Below are positions 47,383 through 57,748 of a stretch of 64,000 bases of DNA, piece after piece (position 1 is the stretch's first letter; each line of letters begins with the position of its first letter). The translations under genes were made by a program, and so were the position numbers. The notes under the pieces are model-generated. The model saw only the letters and a program-made list of their open reading frames with translations. It did not search any database and had not been told where the DNA came from. Source of the DNA: Peptococcaceae bacterium. Its GTDB lineage: Bacteria; Bacillota; UBA994. The stretch covers positions 834-64,833 of the forward strand of contig JAGXSS010000108.1 of assembly GCA_018334055.1 (NCBI GenBank). The letters run 5' to 3'.

Positions 47383-48408
47383 TTGGTTATCTTGATGGCC
47401 ATCGTAATAATTGGGGTGCTCGTGTTCTTTCATGAGTTGGGACATTTTTTGACGGCAAAGGCCTCGGGCATGTTAGTGCACGAGTTTGCTCTGGGAATGG
47501 GGCCTGTTTTACTATCCATTACGAGGGGGGACACTAAATACTCTTTGCGCATGCTGCCTATCGGAGGCTTTCTCCGCGTCGCGGGTGAAGAGCAAGAGCA
47601 AGGAAAGGTGTCCATCCCCGACGAACAACGCTATGATAAGAAGGCTGTTTGGCAACGCATGATTTTCGTCGCAGGTGGGTCCATGATGAACTTTGTCCTT
47701 GCGGCCCTCATTTTTGCGGTCATTTTCATGGCTTTCGGCGTCCCTTCTTCCGAGCCTCTCATTGGCTCGGTTACCCCTAGCTGGCCGGCGGCAGATGCCG
47801 GTCTTGCGGTGGGGGATAGGGTGGTGCGCATTGACGGCCGTGATATTGCCAACTGGAGTGATTTGCAGAAAGCCATTGCCGGTACCACTACCGACACAAT
47901 TGCAGTTGAAATCCTTCGCGGGGAACAAGAAATGACCCTGTCCATCGCCCCACGTGTTGACGAAGCTAGCGGCCGCAGATTGGTAGGTGTCTCCCCAGCC
48001 AATGTCAGACATGGGCCCCTAAAAGCCCTGTACTTGGGGACAAGGGACATGCTGTGGTTCACTGCAGAGATTATCGGTGTTGTGGGCAGGATGCTCACCG
48101 GCAGAATGCCGGCCGAAGGTGCCGGACCAATCGGCATGGTGGTCATGGTTGGCGAGGTCGCTCGCACTGGATTGGCCAATCTCTTGTCCTTCGCCGCTAT
48201 CATCAGCATCCAATTGGGGATGTTCAATTTGCTGCCTATCCCAGCGCTAGACGGCAGTAAATTGATCTTTCTGGCTATCGAAGGGTTACGGGGCAAACCC
48301 ATCAACCCCGACAAGGAGAACATGATTCATTTCATTGGTTTTATCATGCTGATGGTTCTGATCGTCCTGATTACCTATCAAGACCTACAGCGCTTGAACA
48401 TCTTTTAG
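47383..48408 (+). CDS. rseP: RIP (M50) metalloprotease RseP/RasP with PDZ domain
   Basis: HELGH, EFALGMGP, PIGGF, NLLPIPALDG. Confidence 0.97.
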   Translation: MVILMAIVIIGVLVFFHELGHFLTAKASGMLVHEFALGMGPVLLSITRGDTKYSLRMLPIGGFLRVAGEEQEQGKVSIPDEQRYDKKAVWQRMIFVAGGSMMNFVLAALIFAVIFMAFGVPSSEPLIGSVTPSWPAADAGLAVGDRVVRIDGRDIANWSDLQKAIAGTTTDTIAVEILRGEQEMTLSIAPRVDEASGRRLVGVSPANVRHGPLKALYLGTRDMLWFTAEIIGVVGRMLTGRMPAEGAGPIGMVVMVGEVARTGLANLLSFAAIISIQLGMFNLLPIPALDGSKLIFLAIEGLRGKPINPDKENMIHFIGFIMLMVLIVLITYQDLQRLNIF

Positions 48409-48418
48409 GGGTGAGCGT

Positions 48419-49492
48419 ATGTACCCGCGGCAAGACACCGTACCTGTGCAAGTGGGTGGTCTAATTATTGGTGGTGGAGCACCGATTGTCATTCAGTCGA
48501 TGACAAACACAGCTACTGAGGATGTACAAAATACATTGAAACAGATAGTGGCGCTGAGCAGGGCGGGGTGCGGCCTGGTGCGAATAGCTGTGCCCCATGA
48601 TGAGGCCCGCAAAGCTCTAGCGGAATTGGTCAGCAAATCTCCGGTACCACTTGAGGCCGATATCCACTTTGATCATCGTCTAGCCATAGGTTCCCTAGAA
48701 ATGGGCGTAGCCAAAGTTCGCATTAACCCCGGCAATATCGGCAGTAACAGCAAAGTAAAAGAAGTCATCGCTGCTGCCTCGCGCCGCGGGGCGGCGGTAC
48801 GCATAGGGGTTAACTCCGGGTCGCTACCGAGCTCAATCCTCGCCAAGTATGGGGGACCTACGGCCGAGGCGCTGGTTGAGGCGGCGCTTCAATACGAAAG
48901 GCAAATTACGGCCTGGGGTTTTGCGAACTTAGTTTTCTCCTTAAAATCATCGGATGTGTTAAAAACGGTGCGAGCCAACGAGCTGTTTTCAAGGTCATCC
49001 AGATTTCCTCTCCACATTGGTATTACCGAGGCTGGCACGCGTCTCAAAGGGGCGGTACGCACGGCGGTCGGTCTAAGCTTGCTCCTTAGTCAGGGTATCG
49101 GCGACACTTTGCGGGTCTCGTTGACCGCCGATCCCCTAGATGAAGTAGTCGTGGCCAAGGAGATTCTCGCGAGTATGGGTCTTTACCCTAAGCAGCTGCA
49201 CATTGTCAGTTGTCCAACCTGCGGAAGGACTGCGGGCGACCTCATTTCTTTGGCAGAGCGGGTCGAGCTTGAGCTCGAGGACCTCGCTATGATACCTTTG
49301 CGAATTGCCGTGATGGGCTGTGCAGTTAATGGACCGGGAGAAGCCAAGGAGGCTGATCTCGGTATCGCCCTATCCCAAGACAAGGCGGTGTTGTTTCGCC
49401 GTGGGCAAATCGTTGACATCTTACCATTAGAATCGGCAGCCGTTCGGTTGGTTGCCGAGGCTCGCCAGATGGCGTTCAATCTGACGAATTAG
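48419..49492 (+). CDS. ispG: HMBPP synthase (flavodoxin) IspG
   Basis: IQSMTNT, ADIHF, RINPGN, RIGVNSGSL, GIGDTLRVSL, CPTCGR, MGC.VNGPGE. Confidence 0.99.
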   Translation: MYPRQDTVPVQVGGLIIGGGAPIVIQSMTNTATEDVQNTLKQIVALSRAGCGLVRIAVPHDEARKALAELVSKSPVPLEADIHFDHRLAIGSLEMGVAKVRINPGNIGSNSKVKEVIAAASRRGAAVRIGVNSGSLPSSILAKYGGPTAEALVEAALQYERQITAWGFANLVFSLKSSDVLKTVRANELFSRSSRFPLHIGITEAGTRLKGAVRTAVGLSLLLSQGIGDTLRVSLTADPLDEVVVAKEILASMGLYPKQLHIVSCPTCGRTAGDLISLAERVELELEDLAMIPLRIAVMGCAVNGPGEAKEADLGIALSQDKAVLFRRGQIVDILPLESAAVRLVAEARQMAFNLTN

Positions 49493-49505
49493 GGGGGGGT
49501 ATGGC

Positions 49506-50150
49506 ATGCGCTGCGTTGTCATCATTCCGGCGTTTAATGAAGAAAAGACCGTCGGTGCGGTAGTTGCCGCCGCCAAGCAATGTGCCTTGGTCGCGGAAGT
49601 GGTGGTAGTCAGCGATGGATCTAAGGATCGCACGGCCAAGGTGGCGGCCTCCGCAGGCGCGACCGTAATCGCCCTCCCAGAAAATCGTGGCAAAGGCGGG
49701 GCTATGCAGGCTGGCCTTTCCTCGGTGCCGGGAGATGTCTATCTCTTTCTTGATGCTGATCTCATTGGGTTAACCAAGGAGCACGTTGCGCACATGTTGG
49801 AACCAATCATAGCCGGTCGGGTCGAAGTTACCTTGGGCCTCTTTGGCAAGGGACGTTTGGCGACCGATTTGGCGCAAAAAATCGCACCATTTCTGTCCGG
49901 GCAACGCGCCTTGTCGAGGAGCGTCTTGTCGCAAATGCCAGACTTTTCTACAGCCGGGTGGGGTGTTGAAGTAGTGGTCAACAGGCATTTGCAGGCCACC
50001 GGGGTACCGGTAGAGGAGATTTTGCTCCATAACGTAACCCAAGTGATGAAGGAAGAGAAAAGCGGCTTAGTGCGTGGTGCTATTTCCCGCCTGCGTATGT
50101 ACTGGCAAATTTTTCAGGCATTAGGGCGAAAAGGGCGGGCGACACCATGA
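49506..50150 (+). CDS. Glycosyltransferase family 2
   Basis: IIPAFNEE, VVSDGS.D.T, N.GKGGA, FLDADL, LSGQRA. Confidence 0.92.
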   Translation: MRCVVIIPAFNEEKTVGAVVAAAKQCALVAEVVVVSDGSKDRTAKVAASAGATVIALPENRGKGGAMQAGLSSVPGDVYLFLDADLIGLTKEHVAHMLEPIIAGRVEVTLGLFGKGRLATDLAQKIAPFLSGQRALSRSVLSQMPDFSTAGWGVEVVVNRHLQATGVPVEEILLHNVTQVMKEEKSGLVRGAISRLRMYWQIFQALGRKGRATP

Positions 50151-50809
50151 TTACGGATCTGGACCTAGTTATTCGCTTGAGCGTCAGCTGCTTCCTCGGG
50201 GGGTTGATCGGACTCGAGCGTGAAGGCTTGAATCGACCTGCCGGGTTTCGCACCCATGTCCTAGTGGCCGTGGGCTCCACCTTGATTATGCTAATTTCCA
50301 TCTATGGTTTTCTGGGGGTGGACGGGCCACATGATCCCGCCCGCCTAGCTGCCCAAGTAGTGAGTGGTATTGGCTTCTTAGGGGCAGGTACGATCATGAA
50401 AGAAGGACTGAGCATTAAGGGGCTGACAACGGCCGCCTCCTTGTGGGTGGTGGCCGCCATTGGATTGGCCTGTGGCGCCGGGTTCTATGTCGGCGCGGTG
50501 GCGACTACCTTGCTAGTCTATATTACCCTAGTGTTTTTCACGCGCATTGAACGGTACTACCTGCACCGTGCCAACTATGTGCGTTTGAACCTGATCATGT
50601 CGGACCAGGCCGGGCAACTAGGTAGAATCGGCACAGCCTTGGGTAGGAGAGGAGTCAGTGTGCGTAATATCTGCACAAGCCATGTCCAGGTTGAGGAAGG
50701 ACGTGTGCAAGTCCAACTGGAGGTCAAACTGCCGAGCACGGTGACCTTGCTCCAGGTCATCACTGATTTGTTGGACATACCCGGGATGTATAGCGTGGAT
50801 GAGACCTAA
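50147..50809 (+). CDS. MgtC/SapB family membrane protein with C-terminal ACT-like domain
   Basis: IGLERE...PAGFRTH, DPARLAAQVVSGIGFLGAG.I, GLTTAASLW. Confidence 0.95.
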   Translation: MITDLDLVIRLSVSCFLGGLIGLEREGLNRPAGFRTHVLVAVGSTLIMLISIYGFLGVDGPHDPARLAAQVVSGIGFLGAGTIMKEGLSIKGLTTAASLWVVAAIGLACGAGFYVGAVATTLLVYITLVFFTRIERYYLHRANYVRLNLIMSDQAGQLGRIGTALGRRGVSVRNICTSHVQVEEGRVQVQLEVKLPSTVTLLQVITDLLDIPGMYSVDET

Positions 50810-50821
50810 TGAGCCCTGTGC

Positions 50822-50851
50822 TTGCATCGTCGCTGCCTCGTGTGATATGAT
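50822..50851 (+). promoter_or_regulatory. Sigma-A promoter of the rimP-nusA-infB operon
   Basis: TTGCAT-N18-TATGAT with TG extended -10. Confidence 0.7.
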
Positions 50852-50860
50852 GTGTGCGTA

Positions 50861-50885
50861 AGAGAGTGGGTCCATCCCACTCTTT
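50861..50885 (+). ncRNA. rimP (ylxS) leader hairpin
   Basis: AGAGAGTGGG-tccat-CCCACTCTTT, the conserved AGAGUGGG/CCCACUCU stem found 5' of rimP in Bacillota. Confidence 0.8.
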
Positions 50886-50934
50886 CGTTCATCAGGAAGT
50901 AGCATCAAGAAGTAGTTCGGTTAGGAGTGTATCT

Positions 50935-51399
50935 ATGCAACCCTCACTTGATCACATATTTGCGTTGTTCATGCCCGTAGTGGAAGCCTTGGGCTTGTCA
51001 TTAGTCGACGTGGAATGGCAGAGTGCACGGGGTGGAGCGAGATTGGCAGTCTTTATAGCCAAGCGAGGTGGTTCAGTCAGCATTGCTGATTGTGAAGCCG
51101 TCACGCATGCCTTAGGGCATGAGATGGAAGACACGCAAATATTTCCCCAGTCCTACACCCTCGAAGTCTCCTCTCCGGGACTAGACCGGGTGCTCAAACG
51201 GCCCCATGAGTTCGACGTCTTCCAGGGCAGAGTTGCCACCCTATGGCTTTTCGAGCCATTTTGTGGTAAAATGGAGTGTACAGGTATTTTGCAGGGCCGA
51301 CAAAGTGAGCATGTGTTGGTGCACTTGACTTCCGGCGAAATAGTAACTCTACCGGTCGCGCTGATCAGAAAAACCAAGTTAGTTTTTGATATGAAATGA
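50935..51399 (+). CDS. rimP: Ribosome maturation factor RimP
   Basis: LVDVEW, L.VFI, I.DCE.V, YTLEVSSPGLDR.LK; ATG after AGGAGTG. Confidence 0.97.
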   Translation: MQPSLDHIFALFMPVVEALGLSLVDVEWQSARGGARLAVFIAKRGGSVSIADCEAVTHALGHEMEDTQIFPQSYTLEVSSPGLDRVLKRPHEFDVFQGRVATLWLFEPFCGKMECTGILQGRQSEHVLVHLTSGEIVTLPVALIRKTKLVFDMK

Positions 51400-51412
51400 G
51401 GGAAGCCAGGCA

Positions 51413-52456
51413 ATGAGCAGTGAATTCATTGATGCCATAAATTTTCTAGCCAGAGAAAAGCGGCTAGACAAAGCAGTGCTATTTGAGGCCATAGAGACGG
51501 CACTGGTGTCGGCCTACAAAAAGAACTTTGGCGGAACTGGAAACGTCAGGGTTCACGTTGACCGGGACAGCGGTGAAATTCAAGTTTATGCCCTGAAGCG
51601 TGTGGTTCCCCAGGTGGTTGATGTTCTTGCCGAAATCTCCCAATCAGATGCTAAAGCGCTTAATCCGGCGTACCAGAGCGGAGATATCTGCGAGGAACGA
51701 GTTACGCCCAAGAACTTCGGCCGCGTCGCCGCTCAGACTGCCAAACAGATCGTGGTGCAGCGTATTCGAGAGGCAGAGCGAGGTCTTATCTATGAGGAAT
51801 TTACCAATCGCGAGAGTGACATAGTTTCGGGCATAGTACAAAGAGCGGATGCGCGCAACGTCATCATTGACTTAGGAAAGGTAGAGGCCGTGATGCCTCC
51901 ATCCGAGAGGGTAGCCGGCGAAGTTTATCGCGCTGGGCAACGCCTCAAAACATATGTCCTTGAGGTGCGCAAGACCACCAAAGGACCCCAAGTTACGGTA
52001 TCGCGTAGCCATCCTGGCTTGTTGAAGCGTCTCCTAGAGCTAGAGGTAGAGGAAATCCATGATGGGATTGTCGAATTGAAATCGGTTGCTCGCGAGGCTG
52101 GTAGTCGCAGCAAGGTCGCAGTCAGCTCGCGCGACCCAAACGTCGACCCTGTGGGCGCCTGCGTCGGGCAAAAGGGCATGCGCATCCAGGTCATCGTCAA
52201 CGAACTTGGCAATGAGAAGATCGATGTCATCGCCTACACCAGTGACCCTGCTCTGTATGTGGCCAATGCTTTAAGCCCGGCCAAGGTCGTCCGCGTTGAG
52301 ATTGATGAGACGGCCAAGATCGCTAGGGTAGTGGTCCCGGATTATCAATTATCCTTGGCCATCGGCAAAGAAGGCCAAAATGCAAGGCTGGCGGCCAAGT
52401 TGACTGGTTGGAAGATCGACATTAAGAGTGAGAGTCAAGCTCTGCAACAGGGGTGA
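51413..52456 (+). CDS. nusA: Transcription factor NusA
   Basis: [52 protein letters not shown]. Confidence 0.99.
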   Translation: MSSEFIDAINFLAREKRLDKAVLFEAIETALVSAYKKNFGGTGNVRVHVDRDSGEIQVYALKRVVPQVVDVLAEISQSDAKALNPAYQSGDICEERVTPKNFGRVAAQTAKQIVVQRIREAERGLIYEEFTNRESDIVSGIVQRADARNVIIDLGKVEAVMPPSERVAGEVYRAGQRLKTYVLEVRKTTKGPQVTVSRSHPGLLKRLLELEVEEIHDGIVELKSVAREAGSRSKVAVSSRDPNVDPVGACVGQKGMRIQVIVNELGNEKIDVIAYTSDPALYVANALSPAKVVRVEIDETAKIARVVVPDYQLSLAIGKEGQNARLAAKLTGWKIDIKSESQALQQG

Positions 52457-52460
52457 CAAA

Positions 52461-52730
52461 ATGAAGAACAAGCATGTTCCAGAACGCACTTGTGTGGGGT
52501 GTCGCCTAGCCAAACCCAAACGCGAGCTCATCCGGGTGGTTAGAGATCCGCTCGGGCAGGTGGATATTGACTACACCGGCAAAAAAAATGGCCGCGGGAT
52601 CTACCTGTGTCCAAATCTGTCGTGCCTAGAAGCGGCATTGAAGGCAAATAGGATGGGTGTGGGGCTGCAAACAGAGATACCAGCGGAGGTCATCGCGCGG
52701 TTGCGGGAGAAAATGCAAGGTGCAGGATAA
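52461..52730 (+). CDS. ylxR: YlxR (RnpM) family RNA-binding protein
   Basis: PERTCVGC, KRELIRVVR, TGKKNGRG.YLC. Confidence 0.95.
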   Translation: MKNKHVPERTCVGCRLAKPKRELIRVVRDPLGQVDIDYTGKKNGRGIYLCPNLSCLEAALKANRMGVGLQTEIPAEVIARLREKMQGAG

Positions 52731-53049
52731 ATTTTTGCAGCTTTTAGGGCTGGCTCAACGCGCAGGCGCTGTTGCCAGTGGCACCATGGCTTGCCTCCAG
52801 GCTCTTCGCAAGGGAAAAGCGAAATTGCTCATAGTTGCCGTGGATACTGAGCTAAAAGTAGCCGCGGAGTATCGTAAAATAGCAGAAAAAAATTCTATCC
52901 CGCTAATTACCATCTCCTCGCAGGCTGAATTGGGTAATGCCATCGGCAAGAGCAGGCGAGCTGCAGTGGTCATAGCCGATCCAAATTTCGGCCGCCGTTT
53001 ATGGGAATTGAGCCTGAACAATGGAGGTGGACCTAGTTGTCCAAAATAA
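52720..53049 (+). CDS. ylxQ: L7Ae-family RNA-binding protein YlxQ
   Basis: LLGLAQRAG..ASG, L.IVA.D, ELG.AIGK..R. Confidence 0.93.
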   Translation: MQDKFLQLLGLAQRAGAVASGTMACLQALRKGKAKLLIVAVDTELKVAAEYRKIAEKNSIPLITISSQAELGNAIGKSRRAAVVIADPNFGRRLWELSLNNGGGPSCPK

Positions 53050-55241
53050 GAATATTCGAACTAGCTGAGGAACTACAATTGCCGGCAGAGACCTTAGTAG
53101 AGGCTCTCCGGGAGCTCAAACTTAACATTTCTAATCCGATGAGCATGGTCGACACACAAGTTGCCGATGTCATCCGAGAGGTCATCACGAAGCAGCGCAA
53201 GAAGCGTCCATTAGTGCTGAAGGCTCCCGCAGAAGAGAAGGTCGCGCCGGTAGTGGTGGTAGAAGCGCAGCCAATTCCTGATCTCCCGCTGCCTCCCGTG
53301 CCAATGCCTTCGCGCCACGGTGAAGCCAAGGCGCCCCCTGTTTCACAATCACCAAAGAAAGCTGCCGATAAGCCGCGAGATAAGCGGCATGCTGAGCCCG
53401 CGGCAAATATAGTCAACCGCAAAATGGCGCCCCAGGGGCGCAGACCACAGCATGGTGGCGGCCATGGCTCGCCCACTCCTAGCGCTTCGCCCATAGGGGT
53501 GGTTCATATTGAAAACCCCGTCACCGTCGGAGAGTTTGCTAAATTATCTGGGCGTTCGGTGGGCGACATCATCACTAAATTGATGCATCTTGGGTTTATG
53601 GCCACTATTAACCAGCATCTTGATTTTGACACCCTCGGCATCTTGGCCTCCGAAATAAATCTCAAGCTCGAAATTAAACTTCCTCCAGTTTTGCAAGATG
53701 TCGTTGACGAAGACCAGGACCTACCTGAGAGCATGCGGCGACGCTACCCGGTAGTGACAGTCATGGGTCATGTCGACCATGGCAAGACATCTCTGTTAGA
53801 TTGCATTCGTCGTTCCCATGTTACCGCGTCCGAGGCCGGTGGCATTACCCAGCATATCGGCGCTTATCAAGTCGACTTGGGCGATGATAAAATTGTATTT
53901 TTGGATACCCCAGGGCACGAGGCCTTTACCCAGATGCGTGCCCGCGGAGCAAAAGTTACCGACATTGCCATTTTGGTTGTGGCGGCTGATGATGGCGTCA
54001 TGCCGCAAACGATAGAAGCGTTAAATCATGCCAAGGCCGCCAATGTACCCATCATTGTGGCTGTCAATAAGATGGATAAGCCAAGTGCCGACCCGGGGCG
54101 CATTAAGCAGCAGCTCACCGAGTATGGCATTGTCACCGAAGAATGGGGCGGGGACACTATTTTTGTTGGCGTATCCGCATTAAAGCGCCAGGGTATCGAT
54201 GACCTTTTGGCTGCCGTGCTCACAGTAGCCGAGGTCTTGGAGCTTAAGGCGAACCCAGACAGGTCTGCTAGAGGAATCGTCATTGAGGCGCATATCGATA
54301 AAGGGAAGGGTCCCATCGCCACTTTGCTCATTCAAAAGGGAACCTTAAATGTAGGCGATGCCGTAGTGGCGGGTTCTGCCTATGGCCGCGTTCGTGCGAT
54401 GGTCAACGACAAGGGCAAGCGCTTAAAAAAAGCCGGTCCATCGACCCCGCTTGAGCTCCATGGTCTCTCCATGGCGCCCCAAGCCGGCGATGAGTTCGTT
54501 GTGGTGAAAGATGATAAGGTGGCGCGCCTTATGGCTGAAAAGGCGGCCGAGATGCGCAGAATAGACATGCAGCGACCGGTGCAGAAGGTCAGCCTGGATG
54601 ACTTTTTCAAACAAGTTCAGGCCGGCCAAATGAAGAACTTAAACTTGATTATCAAGGGCGATGTGCAAGGTTCGGTGGAGGCACTCAAGCCTGCCGTAGA
54701 AAAACTGAACAATCGCGAAGTAGAAGTTAAAGTCATTCATGTCGGAGTCGGTCCGGTCAATGAGAGCGACATTTTGCTCGCTAAGGCTTCTAATGCCATC
54801 ATCATCGGTTTTAACGTGCGCGCCGAGGCCAATGCCCGTAAGGCAGCTGAGCAGGAACAAGTGGACGTGAGATTCTACCGCATAATTTACGAAGTGTTAG
54901 ACGATATTACGGCCGCACTCAAAGGTATGCTTGCCCCTGTGTTCAAGGAAAACGTCATTGGGCAGGCAGAGGTACGGGTCGTATTTCGTGTTACCGGTTC
55001 CGGCGTAATTGCCGGCTCTATGGTTACCGAGGGAAAGATTACGCGTCAAGCAGGTGTAAGACTCTTGCGGGGCGGAATCATAATCTACGAGGGCAAAATA
55101 GGATCGCTCAAGCGGTTTAAGGATGACGCTAGAGAAGTGGCGTCAGGGTATGAGTGCGGGATCGGTCTAGATAACTACGACGATGTCAAAGAAGGCGACA
55201 TTATTGAGGCCTTTGTCAGAGAACAAGTTTTGACACCATGA
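53037..55241 (+). CDS. infB: Translation initiation factor IF-2
   Basis: [48 protein letters not shown]. Confidence 0.99.
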   Translation: MSKIRIFELAEELQLPAETLVEALRELKLNISNPMSMVDTQVADVIREVITKQRKKRPLVLKAPAEEKVAPVVVVEAQPIPDLPLPPVPMPSRHGEAKAPPVSQSPKKAADKPRDKRHAEPAANIVNRKMAPQGRRPQHGGGHGSPTPSASPIGVVHIENPVTVGEFAKLSGRSVGDIITKLMHLGFMATINQHLDFDTLGILASEINLKLEIKLPPVLQDVVDEDQDLPESMRRRYPVVTVMGHVDHGKTSLLDCIRRSHVTASEAGGITQHIGAYQVDLGDDKIVFLDTPGHEAFTQMRARGAKVTDIAILVVAADDGVMPQTIEALNHAKAANVPIIVAVNKMDKPSADPGRIKQQLTEYGIVTEEWGGDTIFVGVSALKRQGIDDLLAAVLTVAEVLELKANPDRSARGIVIEAHIDKGKGPIATLLIQKGTLNVGDAVVAGSAYGRVRAMVNDKGKRLKKAGPSTPLELHGLSMAPQAGDEFVVVKDDKVARLMAEKAAEMRRIDMQRPVQKVSLDDFFKQVQAGQMKNLNLIIKGDVQGSVEALKPAVEKLNNREVEVKVIHVGVGPVNESDILLAKASNAIIIGFNVRAEANARKAAEQEQVDVRFYRIIYEVLDDITAALKGMLAPVFKENVIGQAEVRVVFRVTGSGVIAGSMVTEGKITRQAGVRLLRGGIIIYEGKIGSLKRFKDDAREVASGYECGIGLDNYDDVKEGDIIEAFVREQVLTP

Positions 55242-55528
55242 CGCACCGCCTCGGGGTATTGTCATTGGAATTGCATTTTCCCGCGGCGCATTCGCTCAAA
55301 GAAAAACGATCGATTTTAAAGTCTCTGCTGGCGAAAATCCGCGGCACCTTCAATGTCTCGGTGGCCGAGGTCGGCCACCAAGATGTTTGGCAAAGAACAC
55401 GCCTTGTTGTAGCTGTTGTGTCGGGCAATGGTGTCGAGGTGCAGAAGACCTTTGCGACCATCACTGGCTTTGTCGAAAGAGCTCTGCATGAGGGCATTAT
55501 TCTGGAGGCGACAGAAGAGATATTCTAA
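55238..55528 (+). CDS. ylxP: DUF503 / YlxP family protein
   Basis: HSLKEKR, FNVSVAEV..QD.WQ; between infB and rbfA. Confidence 0.92.
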   Translation: MTHRLGVLSLELHFPAAHSLKEKRSILKSLLAKIRGTFNVSVAEVGHQDVWQRTRLVVAVVSGNGVEVQKTFATITGFVERALHEGIILEATEEIF

Positions 55529-55553
55529 CGCTATGGATGAGGGGGAACGATTG

Positions 55554-55901
55554 ATGCCGCAGTTTCGCACTGAACGCATCAAAGGACAATTGAAAGAGGA
55601 ACTTAGCGACATATTGAGGTTGCTTAAGGACCCGCGCCTTGGTTTTGCTACCATTACTAGTGTGGAAATTTCTGGTGATCACCGCCATGTCAAGGCCTTC
55701 GTCTCGGTTTTTGGCACCGATGAGGAAAAGAAGGATACTCTCAAGGCACTGGAAAGCGCCACTGGTTTTATCCGTACCGAAGTCGGCAAGCGCATCAAGA
55801 TGCGCCACACACCAGAAGTCATCTTTAGGATTGATGAATCTATTGAGCATGGTGCTCACATCAACAAGTTGCTTAAGGACATTGAGCGTGACAACAAGTA
55901 A
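55554..55901 (+). CDS. rbfA: Ribosome-binding factor A
   Basis: R.ERI, KDPR.GF.TIT.V..S.D, A.GFIR, R.TPE..F..D.SIE. Confidence 0.98.
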   Translation: MPQFRTERIKGQLKEELSDILRLLKDPRLGFATITSVEISGDHRHVKAFVSVFGTDEEKKDTLKALESATGFIRTEVGKRIKMRHTPEVIFRIDESIEHGAHINKLLKDIERDNK

Positions 55902-56868
55902 TTCTTCGCTAGCGGAAGTTGTCTCCTTACTTAAGGCGGCCACAAAGGTGTTGCTCATCGGACATGTTGCGCCCGATGGTGATTCACTGGGGTCCTCTAT
56001 CGCCCTATGTCGCCTCCTCCGGCAAACGGGCAAGGAGGCGTATGTGGCTTGTCTTGACCGCATCCCACCGCGCTATGAATTCTTGCTTAAATTTTCCTCC
56101 GTAATAACCGTAGCTGAAGACCTCCCCCCTGACGTTGATTTTGTGGTGGTACTTGACTGTGGCGACCTCCCCCGGACAGGTTTGCCTCTATCTTATACGG
56201 CGCGGCAAAAATTCATCAATATTGACCACCATACCTCGAACACCGGCGCCTTAGGGCATGCTTGGGTCGATAGTACCGCCAGTGCCGTAGGGCAGCAAGT
56301 ATTGCGCCTACTTGATGCTGCGGACTGGCCGATTGACAAAGATACCGCCACCTGCCTCTATACTTCATTGGCCACTGATTCAGGATTCTTTCGCCATGCT
56401 AATACGACCCCAACCCTCTTGCGGGAAGCCGCCCGCCTTCTCGAATGCGGAGCAGATGCCCGCCTAGTCGTTGAGCATGCCTTAGAGCGGAAAAGTCTCG
56501 GGGAACTCTGCCTAATTAAGCGCACGTTGGGCACCTTATCCTTACATGAAAATAATAAAATTGCCTTGCTTGAGGTTTCTTTAGTAGATGCACAGGACTG
56601 TGGTGTGCAGGCGGATGAAGTAGAAGAGATGGTTGATTTTGCCCGGGCCATTCCCGACACTGCTGTAGCAGTATTGCTTAAGGAGATGGCCCCCTCGGTG
56701 ACGAAAGTCAGTCTGCGCTCTAAAGGAAGGCTTGATGTCAGTAAAATTGCTGAGCATTTTGGCGGCGGAGGGCACCGAGCAGCGGCCGGAGCCACAATGC
56801 CTTTGAGCATTGACGCGGCTCGTCACGAAATCATACGGCGACTGGCAGAGGTGCTTAATAATGCCTGA
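55888..56868 (+). CDS. nrnA: DHH/DHHA1 oligoribonuclease / pAp phosphatase NrnA
   Basis: H..PDGDSLGS, NIDHH, TDSG.F, KVSLRSK, GGGGHRAAAG. Confidence 0.92.
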   Translation: MTTSNSSLAEVVSLLKAATKVLLIGHVAPDGDSLGSSIALCRLLRQTGKEAYVACLDRIPPRYEFLLKFSSVITVAEDLPPDVDFVVVLDCGDLPRTGLPLSYTARQKFINIDHHTSNTGALGHAWVDSTASAVGQQVLRLLDAADWPIDKDTATCLYTSLATDSGFFRHANTTPTLLREAARLLECGADARLVVEHALERKSLGELCLIKRTLGTLSLHENNKIALLEVSLVDAQDCGVQADEVEEMVDFARAIPDTAVAVLLKEMAPSVTKVSLRSKGRLDVSKIAEHFGGGGHRAAAGATMPLSIDAARHEIIRRLAEVLNNA

Positions 56869-57748
56869 CGGTTTCATAAATCTATACAAAGAGCCGGGCC
56901 CGACTTCCCATGCGGCCGTAAATCAAGTACGCCGCTTGTTTGGCATGCGCGCAGTTGGGCATATGGGCACCCTTGATCCGGCAGCAGAAGGAGTTTTACC
57001 ACTTGCAGTCGGCCGGGCCACCCGCCTGATCCCCTTAGTCGAAGGCACCGTGAAAGTCTATCGCGCCGAGCTAGTGCTTGGACTTGCCACCGATACCGAT
57101 GACACTTCAGGGAAAACCATGGCTACCGCCGATGCGAATGTGGTCGACCGCGAAATTGTCTCTCTTTGCCTGCCAGGTTTCTTAGGGCAACAAGTTCAAC
57201 TGCCGCCCATGTTTTCTGCAGTCAAAGTTGCCGGCAAGAAACTATATGAGTTAGCGAGGCGGGGGCAAGTTGCAGAGATTCCGCCGCGTGAGGTTACCGT
57301 GTCCAGCCTTATGCTCACGGATTGGCGACGGGAGGGACATTTGGCGATTGCTACGCTAGAGGTTGAGTGTGCGAAAGGAACTTATATCCGGGCTCTCTGC
57401 CGAGACATCGGACAAAAGTTAGGGCTGCCCGCCTGTATGGGGAGCTTGTTAAGGCGGCAAAGCGGACCGTTCATGGAGAAACACAGTGTCAAGATGGACA
57501 CACTGGCTCTTGACCCTTTGCTGCACCTAGTGACCATAAATACCATGCTGGCTGACAAGCCACGCATCACCCTTTCTTTGAGCGATGCGAAGAGATTCTT
57601 ACAGGGACAACGAATTCGGGTTAACCATGGTGAGGAGAAGGACGAGTGCCCTGTTTTTTGTGGGGAGTTGTTTCTGGGCTTAAGTCAGGTTGAGGCCGGA
57701 ATTTTGTCTCCCACCAAGGTCATGATGCAGGAGGTAGAGCTGCCTTGA
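56861..57748 (+). CDS. truB: tRNA pseudouridine-55 synthase
   Basis: K..GPTSH, GHMGTLDP.AEGVL, PPMFSAVK..GKKLYELAR, KGTYIR. Confidence 0.98.
   Translation: MPDGFINLYKEPGPTSHAAVNQVRRLFGMRAVGHMGTLDPAAEGVLPLAVGRATRLIPLVEGTVKVYRAELVLGLATDTDDTSGKTMATADANVVDREIVSLCLPGFLGQQVQLPPMFSAVKVAGKKLYELARRGQVAEIPPREVTVSSLMLTDWRREGHLAIATLEVECAKGTYIRALCRDIGQKLGLPACMGSLLRRQSGPFMEKHSVKMDTLALDPLLHLVTINTMLADKPRITLSLSDAKRFLQGQRIRVNHGEEKDECPVFCGELFLGLSQVEAGILSPTKVMMQEVELP

Noticed and set aside
47631-48323. 230-aa minus-strand ORF opposite rseP
   Set aside because: Antisense shadow of a conserved gene; composition mirrors sense codon bias
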